A stretch of 63,162 nucleotides of DNA, counting the filler, from Reclinomonas americana ATCC 50394 (lineage: Eukaryota): assembly GCA_048213135.1 (NCBI GenBank). It is 4 parts of 2 records of this genome, joined end to end, with 100 filler letters (N's around TTAATTAATTAA, not from the genome) between each part and the next. Parts side by side here need not be neighbours in the genome. Positions count along the whole stretch, not along the records: positions 1 to 24,451 come from PS015166.1; 3 more parts are not named here. The stretch is one strand, 5' to 3'. The notes beneath the pieces are model-generated. The model saw only the letters and a program-made list of their open reading frames with translations. It made no database searches and was not told where the DNA came from. Below, piece by piece: positions 1 to 11,900 of the stretch. Both the position numbers and the translations under genes were made by a program. Positions within the stretch are counted from its first letter, which is position 1. The number at the start of each line of letters is the position of its first letter.

Positions 1-163
1 GTCGTGTTCGTTCTCCGTCCCTCGTCCTCCCTCCCTCCCTCCTCTCTCTCTCTCTCTCTCTCTCTCCATTCCTTCCGTCGTCATTCGCTCTCTTCTTTCC
101 TTCTTCTCTTTCCAACTTCTCCAACCTCTCCCCTTCCCTTGCTCACTCCCTCCCTTATCACAG

Positions 164-1233
164 CGGCGGCGGAGTCCGCGGGTTCCTCGCCCACGGACTG
201 AGCTCGCTACAGGAGCTGCTGTCGTCGTTAAATGTGTTGCGAAAGCAGCCGACATCTGCGGCCGCCGCGGCATCGCTGACAGGTTCCGGCGACGCCTTGT
301 CACTAGTTTCGTGTGGATTGTGTTTTCTCTGTGGCCGAGCGGGTGGATGACTGTGCTCTGTGTGCGTGTAGGGTGATTCGGCAGGTGGCTCGGATCATCG
401 GCGACGAGCTGGACGCAATGCGCCAGTATTGCCGGCGGTGAAGGATGACACGACGACAAGCACAGGTGACTCGATCCATCTTCTCCCTTCCCCTTTTCCC
501 TTCGTCACGCGTTGTCAACGTGTCGCGTCACCTCTCACATCTTCTCCCCGTCTTCTGCTCCCTATGTAGCACACACACATATATACACACACACACACTG
601 TTCCTGCATTTCTTCGAAACTCCACTCGTTCGTCTTTCTTCCTGTTCTTCTGATTCTTCTTCTCCTCGCGGTTTTCGTTCTTTACTTTTCTTTCTCTCTC
701 CTCCTCTCATCCACTCATCCCCCTTCCCCTTTGTCACCCCTCAGCCACCTCCCGCGACATGGACTCTGTCGACGACTCCCTCAACGTGGCCGTGGACTCC
801 TCTCTGGCCGCCGCTGCCCCACCACCCCCGCGCTCCGCCCAGGGCGGCAAGGTGACACGGCCGGTCTCCGTCTGGTACGCCGTGTGTGGCTCGTACGGCG
901 ATCGACAGATTCTCGCTCTCTACCTCTCCAACGACACCCTGGTGCTGCGCTGCATCGAGAGACCACTGGCGGTCACCGGGTCGGCTGTCGGTGGCGGTGG
1001 CGGTGGTGGTGGTGGTGGGCACGGTGGACATGGTGATGTGGGCGGAACGAGTGCGAGTACCGCGTGCACGCCGATTGTGCGCCTGCTGCAGCTCTTTGGA
1101 GGGCGTGACAAGGTGCGTGTGAGAGAGAGGGAGGGAGGGAGAGAAAAGAGAGAGAGACTATTCAGCGACGATGTTGATGAGCCTATACTTAACTTATCGC
1201 GCCCTTTCTCATTGACATTCTCTCTCTCTATTG

Positions 1234-1272
<39 letters not shown>

Positions 1273-4200
1273 AGAGAGAGAGAGAGAGAGNNNNNNNNNN
1301 NNNNNNNNNNACGACTAGTTGTAGTAGTAGCCGTACTACTTAACTTTAACTTACGTCGCCCGTTCCTTCCTACTTGTACATCTCTCTCTCTACTTGTCCA
1401 CCTCTCTCTCTCTCTCTCTCTCTCTCTCTGCTGTGAGAGAGAGAGAGAGAGAGACTGTTGGGCGACGTTTTGATGCGCCTCTGGTCGACTGATCACGCAC
1501 TTTCTCGTTTTCTTTCTCTCTCTCTCTCTGTGCTGCCCTCTCTCCTGTATGTGTGCGCGTGCGAGAGTGAGAGAGGTAGCGACTGGATGCGCCGCTGGTC
1601 ATCTAATCACGCTCTTTCTCATTGACTTTTTCTCTCTTTTTATGTGCGTCTGAGAGAGAGAGAGAGCGTCTCTTCAGCGACGACTTCTATTTGTAATCAC
1701 TCTCATTCTCTCTGTGCTGCCCTCTCTCTCTCGGAATGCCCTTTGATTGCATTCCCCTTTCCCTCTCCCCGCACAGGTGGTGGTGGCCATGGATTTGGAT
1801 CCACTGGCGCGCATCCTCATGTGCGTGACAGCCGACGAGACTGTGTTTTTGTTGCCCGTGGACTTCCTGTTGTTTGCCGGTGCACCACACGCTTCGCTCT
1901 TCTGGAGTCGGTCTGGACGGCCAATCTTGCGCGCCGGTATTGGTGTGGGTGGCGGCGCGTCGGGCTCGCGGCACTCCAGTGCAGGTGCGTCTCTCTCCTC
2001 CCTCTCTTGCTCTTCCTCCTTCTCATCCTCCTCCTCATTCGCCTTCTCGTAGATCTCGGCACGGCACCCTTCGGCAGTGTGGAGCTACCCAAGTTGCCGC
2101 TGCTGACGTCTTATGTCGACGGCTCGGGCCACCAGACACAAGGCGACATTAACGATCGCGGTGAGCTGCGCGTGGTGTGGAGTCGCGCACCCGGATCACA
2201 GAACCGGCAGCGCGGCAACGTCACCTGCTGTCGCTGGTGGCGCAGCTTTGACGGCACGGATTTCGCGCTGCTCGGCACCGACTCGGGCTCTCTCATTGTG
2301 ATCAATCTGGAGACGGAGCGCGAGGAGTGTGTGGTCAAGGGCTTCGATCCAGGCATCTTGAAGCTGGACGTCATTGTCGACAAGAACGAGGCCTTCAAGA
2401 CTGTGCTGGTGCACGGACTGCGTGGCATGTTCTTCAGCTTGCTGCTCGAGCAGGAGGACGAGACGGACCAGACGTATCACATGTTGCCGAGGTTTGCGAG
2501 GCACAGAAGATTCAAGGGGGCCTGTGTCGTGTGGTGTCAATCAACGTGGCTGCACAACACTCACTCTCTGTGTGTGTGTGTGTGCGTGTTGTATAAGAGA
2601 GGGAGGGAGTGAGCGACTGTTAGGCGTCGACTTACATGCGCCTCTGGTCGGCTGATGGCACATTTTCTCATTGACTTTTTCTGTCTCTGTGTTGTCCTCT
2701 CTCTTCGCTTCTCTCTGTGTGTCTGAGAGAGAGAGAGAGTGACAGAGTGAGCAACTGTTAGGACGACGATTTTCGTGCACCGCTGCTCGATGATACATTT
2801 TCTCATCGACTTTCTGTCTCTTTGTTGCTCTCTCTCTCTCTCTTCTCTTCTCTCTCTGTATGTGTGCGTTTGCGAGAGTGAGAGAGTGAGCAACTGTTTG
2901 GCGACGATTTTCGTGCATCGCTGCTCGATGATACATTTCTCATGGACTTTCTGTCTCTTTGTTGCTCTCTCTCTTCCGTTCTCTCTTTCTCTTTGTGTAA
3001 GAGTGAGAATGAGTGCGTGAGCGAGCATCAGTCAGGCGACGATAGACATGCGCCTCTGGTCGACATATCGCATGTTTTCTCATCGATTCTCTCTGTGTTG
3101 CCCTCTCCCTTTCCTTCTCTCCCCTCTCTGTGGAGATTGTTTTTGTGTAATCCCCTCACCGCCTTATTCCGCACACAGCTCGCTGGATCGCAAGCCCTTC
3201 ACTGTCGAACCCATCCCCATGTTCACGGGCCAACCGTGCGAGGTCTCCATCCGCTACGACGCCGACAAGGGTCCGCTGATCTGCGCCTACTTTTCCGCCG
3301 CCCAGCGGTTGGAGATTTACGACGCCGAACTGCACCGATACCCGCTCTACGTGTACCAGCTGCACCCCGATACGGGTCTCGTGTACTGGAGTCGAAAGGT
3401 ACAGTTCCTTGCCCCCGCACACGCTTCTCATGCGATTTTCCTCACTTTTCATGTCGATATCGCAGGTCATTTTCTGTGTGCAGCGAGAACCCTCCTCCCG
3501 CGGCAACGAGAAGCTGTGGGCTGTCAGCGGCCTGCTGGCGGCCTCGGCCACGGGCATGTCACAGGATGCGTCGGGCGCTGCGCGTAATGCGGTGCTGCAG
3601 GAGTTCTGCATGCTGCCGTCGGAGCGCATTTGTGGATTTGCATCGTCGCTTCCGCCGCAGCCGTCGCAGCGCGAGAAGCAGGCATCGGCAAGAGAACGGC
3701 AGGCGGAGGTGTTTCACAGCCGCCTGGCCGACTCCAATGCGCCGATTCGTTCAGCAGCTGCAGCTGCCGCTGCGGCAGCTGCTGGGGACGTAGGCGAGGT
3801 GCAATTGCAGCATGAGTTACGCGCAGCCTGTGAAGCGCCCACCTTGTCCTTTTTCTTTACTCACCCTACCGTCAGGGCCACCTTCCGCTGGCTGGACACG
3901 GTGTACGTGTGGACCCAGGACTCGGTGTACGAGTTGGAGACGGGTCGTGCGCCGGAGAATGTGTTTGAGAGCTTGCTGACCAAGGTGTGACAATGTCGAG
4001 AGCAACAGAGTCTCGGCTTGCTTCTCATTCAACTGTGCCTCGCAGAACCCACTTCCACCGCATGCCATTCCGAGCGCGGAGAAGCTGGCCAAGACCTTCC
4101 ACTTGGACATTTGTCGGTTGTACGAGGAGGTCGCTGACCGGTGTTACGAACGTGGTGATCACAACCGGGCCGCCGAGTTTTACGCTCGCTCCGATGTGTC

Positions 4201-7200
4201 GCTGCCCAAGTTGGTGTCGAGGTGAGCGAGAGAGATAGAGAGAGGGNNNNNNNNNNNNNNNNNNNNNNNNNNNNNNNNNNNNNNNNNNNNNNNNNNNNNN
4301 NNNNNNNNNNNNNNNNNNNNNNNNNNNNNNNNNNNNNNNNNNNNNNNNNNNNNNNNNNNNNNNNNNNNNNNNNNNNNNNNNNNNNNNNNNNNNNNNNNNN
4401 NNNNNNNNNNNNNNNNNNNNNNNNNNNNNNNNNNNNNNNNNNNNNNNNNNNNNNNNNNNNNNNNNNNNNNNNNNNNNNNNNNNNNNNNNNNNNNNNNNNN
4501 NNNNNNNNNNNNNNNNNNNNNNNNNNNNNNNNNNNNNNNNNNNNNNNNNNNNNNNNNNNNNNNNNNNNNNNNNNNNNNNNNNNNNNNNNNNNNNNNNNNN
4601 NNNNNNNNNNNNNNNNNNNNNNNNNNNNNNNNNNNNNNNNNNNNNNNNNNNNNNNNNNNNNNNNNNNNNNNNNNNNNNNNNNNNNNNNNNNNNNNNNNNN
4701 NNNNNNNNNNNNNNNNNNNNNNNNNNNNNNNNNNNNNNNNNNNNNNNNNNNNNNNNNNNNNNNNNNNNNNNNNNNNNNNNNNNNNNNNNNNNNNNNNNNN
4801 NNNNNNNNNNNNNNNNNNNNNNNNNNNNNNNNNNNNNNNNNNNNNNNNNNNNNNNNNNNNNNNNNNNNNNNNNNNNNNNNNNNNNNNNNNNNNNNNNNNN
4901 NNNNNNNNNNNNNNNNNNNNNNNNNNNNNNNNNNNNNNNNNNNNNNNNNNNNNNNNNNNNNNNNNNNNNNNNNNNNNNNNNNNNNNNNNNNNNNNNNNNN
5001 NNNNNNNNNNNNNNNNNNNNNNGTCAGTGCGCGCCATGCAATCGAACCCAGCCGCGCCGTCGACACTCGCAGATGTTGCGTGCATGCAGGCACTTTATGC
5101 CCTCACTTGAGCCTGTGCCTATTCACCTTCTTTAACACCAGGGCTTGATGACGGATGATGCCGTGGTGTTGGCGTCGTCGGAGGCGTCGCAGAATGGGAA
5201 AACACTCGATTACCAGGCCGAATTCGTGCACTTTTTGTTGACCAACCAGGACTACGACGCACCGAAGGCGCTGTTGTTGCTGGTTCGCTCCTTTGTGATG
5301 TTAATTGTTGTTGTCGGTGTGTGTCTCACATGTCACCAGGTCAATGCCGGTTTCAACGACATTGCGCTGCGAGTGGCACACCACCGACGAGCCTCGAATG
5401 TGCCGAGGGCGCGCGAGTCGGGAAATATGGCCCGGTCGTCCTCTTCCACCTCCAATCTTGGCTCTAGTGAACGCTCATGTTGCGTGTCCATATGTGTGTG
5501 TACTGGTGTAGTCATTGACTGACGGCGATCGCACAGGGTCTTCCATGGGTCCGCAAGACGACGCGCTCATGACATCGGCGTTGAAGTTGCTCATCAATCG
5601 CGGCGTGCTGGCCCTCTCGCCCACCATTGTGTCATTCCTGTTGGAGAATGGATATGGTGCGCTGCTGCTGTATGTGTGTCGATCGCTACCACGCAGTCAC
5701 TAATTGGCTTTCGCAGCGCTGACCATCGAGAGTGTGAGCCACGGAGCCTTGTTTGAGAGTCTGCCGCCTGATATGCAAGTTACGCGGTGACGAACGAAGC
5801 GCTGGTTGTGTGTGATTGATCGCTCACTCTCTCCCAGTGTCGAGTCGTGCTGGAAGAAGACGAACTGCTCCTGCGACATGTGAATCATTTGTACAGCCTG
5901 CTGCCCGACCTCCAGCCGACCACCTTGGTTTGCATCTCACTGTGTGCTCTCACACCAACACTTGGGTGGCTCACTGGCCGTTTGCGCAGCTGAGAGTATT
6001 CAGAAAACTGCATCCGCGCACATCGCATTTCCTGCATCAAATCGCCTCGATGAAGAAGATGGACATGGACAGCCAGTTCTCCTCGCCAACGCTGGCACAC
6101 CTGCAGGAGCGCCAGGCGGCGATGAAGGTATGTGCTAGCGCCATTGCGTTACCCTCATCTCTCTTCCCTCGCGCTCATGCAATTGTCACAGCATGCACCG
6201 CAAGTATCGCGCTTCGTGGAATTGTTGCTCATGGCCGCCATCCTGCTCGTCACGCGCATGACCAACTCGCCACCGGCAGTGGATGCTGCCACAGCCGCCG
6301 AGCTGAACGAGGTCGATCACTGGCAGGTGGAGACACTGATAAAGCAGCTGGACGACAAGTACAGCCCGTTCGTGTTGCTGCGCTCGTGCTACGCTGTCTC
6401 TGCGTACCGATTTGCCGCCGTGGTTTGTTCCTTTGTTGTTGTGTCATGGAGTGCAGTGTGTGTCTGAGTGCTAACTCATTATGCAGATTCACGAGCACGT
6501 ACACCAGTGGGACAAGGCCTTCAAGTGCCACCTGCTTGATCTCGACCAGCGACTGACCTCCGAGGTCTTTTGTCGCATCCAGTGCTTCGCAAACCGTACT
6601 GCACTTCTTCTTTGACACCACAGTCGCGCAGATTTCAACAGTGGAGCGCGAGGACAACGTCTTTCAGGCGCTCTCCACATTTGTTGCCTCGTGGACCGAG
6701 GAGTGCCGGAAAGCTGTCGCACAGCACCAGTTGTCGATGGACATGGACATTGAGGTGTTGTTGCAACAGCAGCGTGCCGTCATGGTCACCGTGTTGGAGG
6801 AGGTATGTGAAAGAAAGAGAAGGACGTTTGTGGTAACAGCCAGGCACTCATCACCTTCTCGCGTGCAGATGTTTGTGTTGTGGCATCGCTGGGCGCTGCC
6901 GGTGGACGACCTCGAGTCGCACATGCTGTGCAACCTCGACACATTTGCCGATGGCCTCGTATCTGTGCTGTTCCAGTCGACGGTGCGTTCCACTTCTCGC
7001 AGACGGAGATGTGTTTGCTTGCCCACTAACGACTGCCTTCTCTGCAGAGCGGTGCTGCAACGGCACTGAATTTCAGCGTTTCGTTCTACGTGGCGGTGGC
7101 CGAGCACGGCTTGCGAGATGCCTTTACTCGCAACCAGGAGCACCGTTGCGCTCTTGTCTCCCGTGATGTTTTTCAGTGACACTTGACGCTCATGTTATCG

Positions 7201-8252
7201 ATGCAAACAGGCAATCGGATCCAAGCACATTGGAAGCAGCTGTCCGACACGCTGGCCACCAACATGCACAAGCGGCCATTCGTCGTCGTCCCGCAAAGTC
7301 GCAGTGTCGGTCGCCACGAATCACTGTTGTTTAATCGCCGTTGCGTCGTGTCGTCTACCAGAGGATGTGCTTTGCCCTCCATACTCACCCATGATCGTCG
7401 CTTCACCAGATCCCAAGAAACCACTCGACTCGCGCGATCGGGTTTGTTTACCCTCGAAGACTTCTCTCTCTCCATCATGCTCATCTACTCTCTCTCTCTC
7501 TCTTTCTTTCTTTCTGTGCACAGTACGGCGTCGTGTTCACATGTAACCACTACTTTTTGCGGTCGACCTTCAACGACGCCGTGGTTCCGGAGTACAAGCG
7601 GAGAATGGAGTTACTGACGACGGCTTTCCGAGAACGCGTGGCGGCACTGACGCTGGCCGTGGCCCCGCCACCGACACCACCAGCGCCGGAGGAACTGCAG
7701 CGATCCACATCGCAGAACCGCTTTGGCTCGCTGGAGCGCTCGCGGCGGCAGTACAGTAGCCAGTCGGCCGAGCGCGACATGGATCTCATGGCGTCGGATG
7801 TGTCGAACCGCTTCCGCAGCTCCGGAGCCGACTCCTTCACACCACCACCACCAGCATCGTCCTCATCAGCAGCCGCTGCCGTCGCCGCCACCGCCACCTC
7901 CGCAGCACAGACGCGACGAGAGCAACAACTGCAAAAGGCCGTCGATCGCCTCTCACAGCTGGCCGAGTGGGCCAGCCTCTTCACCGTCAACCGCCCTGCG
8001 TCCTCCAACGGCAGCTCGTCCACCACACCTACCTCGGCATCCGCAGCTGCTCCACCACCACCACCACTACCAGCACCGCCACCAGTGTCGTCATCATCCT
8101 CATCCTCATCACCATCAGCAGAGCAGCCGCGATACATCCCATGCGCCTGCCCCATCTGCGTATATAACGACATCCTAGACGAGATCCGCAGCGAGCTGGA
8201 CGCCGCCACGCTCGCCACACAACAGCTGTCCAAGTGGCGCGATGACTTGTGA
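164..8252 (+). CDS. Large multi-exon protein, 5' end outside window: predicted N-terminal beta-propeller, alpha-solenoid and C-terminal split Cys/His Zn-finger (Vps11/Vps18/HPS-like architecture; family not assigned)
   Basis: About 22 GT-AG exons join in frame (e.g. 164-305, 372-465, 745-1112, 1777-1984, 2053-~2518, 3179-3398, last exon ~7524-8252 ending TGA). WD-like strands (VTCCRWWRSFDGTDFALLGTDSGSLIVINLE), TPR/CHCR-like helices (LYEEVADRCYERGDHNRAAEFYARS), FTCNHYF...CACPICV. Gap 4247-5022 hides part of it. Confidence 0.7.
1113..3178 (+). repeat. Diverged ~100-150 bp intronic repeat family with embedded (CT)n/(GA)n, shared by two introns (1113-1776 and ~2600-3100)
   Basis: Recurring blocks gactgtt(a/g)ggcg, atgcgcctctggtcgac and ttttctcattgacttt, each followed by (CT)n-tgtg-(GA)n. 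Confidence 0.75.
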
Positions 8253-8674
8253 TAAAGAGAGACGAGAGACATGTTTTTATGACGAGGAAGATGATGATGG
8301 TTGTGCAGGTGGAGCTGAAGGAGGAGGAGAAGGAGTGGAAGAGGAAGCAGCAGCAAGGCGTGACTGTTTCCACGCGGCTTCCTGTTGTCGCCGCTCTTGT
8401 CGTCGCTCGGCCTCCTTGCGTGTGACGATTGTATCTGTGTGAGAGGCAAAGAGAGTGAGTGACTGATGCACTAAGAGAGCAGCAGCAGCAGCAGCAGGCG
8501 CGTAACAGAAGCCAGTGAGGTTCATGAATCTGTGAGTGGAGGTAAGTGAGTTGGCAGAAGAAAGAGAGGGCACAGAGAGTGTGTTTGTGCTCACGTTTCA
8601 ATGCCAGCGCCGACGACAAAGAAGAGTGGAATGACCTTCTTGAGATCGCGCTTGAGCAACTGTGCGTGAGAGAG

Positions 8675-8726
<52 letters not shown>

Positions 8727-8948
8727 GGGTGTGGAGAGAGAAGGAAGGAAGAAAGACGCAACAGCAGCACCACCAGCGCTCATCCTTCTTTGAATTGTTA
8801 TGTTGTGTTTGTGCATGCAGGACGCTTTTAAGATCTTCATCTTCGTCAATCATTTTCATTCATTATCGCTCTCGCGGTGGTGCATGCATACAACATACGC
8901 AGTGGATTCTTAAACAACAACAACAACAATACACACAACACTACGAAA

Positions 8949-11900
8949 TCAGTCGCGCTGCAGGCCTTCGTAGCACGACAGGCCGAATGAGTTTCGTAAT
9001 GTATCCTGCGGTGTGAAGTTGGGCATATGAGACGACAGAGAGAAAGTATGCGTCTTCGTGAGTTGATTGAGAGTAAACGCAACATCGGCGCCCTTGGCGA
9101 TCAGCCACTCGCCCAAGTCCGTGTAGCCGTAGGCGAAACAAAAGTGCAACGCTGTCTGGCCCTTGCCCTGTGTGCGTGTGTGTCCACCACGTGAGTTCAC
9201 CGCTGCATCATCGAGTATCGCTCTCGTCTGCAACGTACGTTTTGCGCGTTGAGATTGCACTTGTGCTTTGCCATGAGCTTCAGCACGTTCTTGTGTCCGT
9301 TCTGGGCGCCAATGATCAGCATGGTGTTGCCGAACCTGCATTCCACAACCATTTAGCAACCATCACGACAAATGAAAGGAGACGAGACGGGCACGCAACG
9401 GATCGCAAATGTTGGGATCGAGGNNNNNNNNNNNNNNNNNNNNNNNNNNNNNNNNNNNNNNNNNNNNNNNNNNNNNNNNNNNNNNNNNNNNNNNNNNNNN
9501 NNNNNNNNNNNNNNNNNNNNNNNNNNNNNNNNNNNNNNNNNNNNNNNNNNNNNNNNNNNNNNNNNNNNNNNNNNNNNNNNNNNNNNNNNNNNNNNNNNNN
9601 NNNNNNNNNNNNNNNNNNNNNNNNNNNNNNNNNNNNNNNNNNNNNNNNNNNNNNNNNNNNNNNNNNNNNNNNNNNNNNNNNNNNNNNNNNNNNNNNNNNN
9701 NNNNNNNNNNNNNNNNNNNNNNNNNNNNNNNNNNNNNNNNNNNNNNNNNNNNNNNNNNNNNNNNNNNNNNNNNNNNNNNNNNNNNNNNNNNNNNNNNNAT
9801 GGTGGTCTGATGCGGAGCAGCGGACGACTCGGCGGCTGTGATATTGGGGTTGAGAGAGAGGACGAAGGGGGTTTTTCTCAAAGAGGAACACAAACCAGCA
9901 GAGGACGGAGCACCGGGTGTTGTGCGTCCTGCCGCAACAACGGCCGGCGCGGGTGGAGCTGCAGGGAGACATGGTAAAGTGAGTGTGCATGCATCGCTGC
10001 CATGCAATGACCCCACGATGGCGTACCAGTGAGCGAGGGTGCAGGCGACGGTGCTCGCGATGCAGGCAGTGATTCCACTTGCGGTGCCGCAGCTGCGTGA
10101 CGCATCGGCAATGTCAGTGCCTTGTCAATCATCGCATGTCCATGTCAACAACTCACCAACAGCGGCCTCGTGCGGAGTGAGTGGCGGTTGCGCGGGGGTG
10201 GGGGCACGAGAGGCTGTCGCGCGAAATTGTCAGCAAGAGCACATAAAGAGACTGTCGTGACAGCACACGCACGTTGCACAACAATCGGCGACGGTGCACG
10301 GGATGGCTGAGCATCGAAAGAGGGCACTGGCGAATGCGCTGCATGCCAACCCGAGAAAATAAGAATCAAAAACAAATGGATAACTACGGGGGCACCGACA
10401 AACCTGGTGGAACATGTGCATCTTCGTGATGCGGCGTGAGTGGCGGAGGAGCCGGCGAGGCACTTCTTGAAGCTGCGGGCACACCAACAAGTCAGTGTCG
10501 CAATTCTCAGCACGAGCTTCGCAGAGGAAAGCAGTCTTACCGGGTGGCTGCAGTTCGTCCGGTGGCATGGGCGACGCAAGACGGCCGTGAGGAGTCGTCG
10601 GCACTGGTGATGACGACGGAGCGGCACTTGCTGTGAGGCAGGGGAAAGGAGGCCAGTGAGACACCAAATAGTGGCTGTTGAGAGCCAATGAAAAACTAAC
10701 CATAAGCATCGATGGGAGTTTGTGGATGCGGCACTGCAACCAACAAAGTAAATAAACAACAACAGCGACTGTGCACAACAGCAATGCAAACAGTACCTGG
10801 GGCGGGACGGGCGCTGGCCACCAGCGGATCGGGTACAGGTGAAACAGCTGCGCGCAAAAAAGAAATGAGTATCATCGCAAGTCGATTTTCCCGTCACGAG
10901 TACGCAACAAGGAGTGCCTGCCGGTGCTGGTGTCGTCGCAGGAGTCGGATGCGCTGTTGGCGCCAGTGTCGGGCTGGGAGCACCCGGCCGTTGTGGCACG
11001 GGGCTCGGCGACACTGCACGAACAGAGGACGGTGGTTCAGAAAAGGTTGGTGATCCGGGAGGAGGCGGGCCAGAAATTGACAAGGCAGGGCTAGGCGACG
11101 CGGCGTGCGGCGAAGCGAGAGGCAGCACGGCTGGATCGGGCGCCAGCATGGACATGGCAGGAGAGACGGCCGACGAGCGCATGGTGGTGGGCGACACGGA
11201 GAGGCGAGCACTGGCAGCTGGACTCGCTCCGGCCACCGTGCCTGGCGTAACACCGCGCATGGGAATCGGCGACGGCGGCGGTTGGCCAGGCTCGGTCGGC
11301 GCCGGGGTGACGCCACGAAGATAGGACGGCGAGGCGGCACGAGCGGTGCTGTGAGGGCTCGGCGGTTGCGACGCAACGGCGGCAGAATCTGTGGGATACT
11401 GTGCAAGGGCAGGCGGGCGGGCAGAGTCGGTCGGCAGCAAATCGTTCGGCACCGGCGACGCGGCGTAGCGAGCCGACGGAGCCGCGGGTGAGGCTCGGGC
11501 CGCCGCACTCGCCGCAGCGGCCGCTGCCTCTTGCGGTGTGGAAAAGGGAGGCGGGGCGGGCGATTCAGGGCGCATTGTTTGTGGGTCTACGGACAACATA
11601 CCTGCTGGAACAGCGCCGATAGGAGGCACTGTGTACGAGCACACAAAGTGTGAGCAACAAACTCGGGAGAAAGACCGAGAGGTGCGTCATCACTCAACGA
11701 GGATTGTTGTCGCGCTGACTCTTCGGTGACTGCAGTGGCGACGGATCAAAGGCCCCGGAACGCTTCGAGCCAGGTGGTGTTGCCTGTTGCTGGGCTAATG
11801 GCGGACGGCCAGAGGCGGAATAGTTGCGCGCCGATGCCCGCGCCTCGGCAATCGAACCCGTGGCGACGGCGGCATCGGACTGCATCTGTGTCTGTGCCAG

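Noticed and set aside
2512-2535. Apparent non-canonical GG/GC donor after RFKG in gene 1
   Set aside because: It lies in a G homopolymer prone to pyrosequencing error, and an in-phase GT exists about 12 nt downstream; unresolvable from this sequence.
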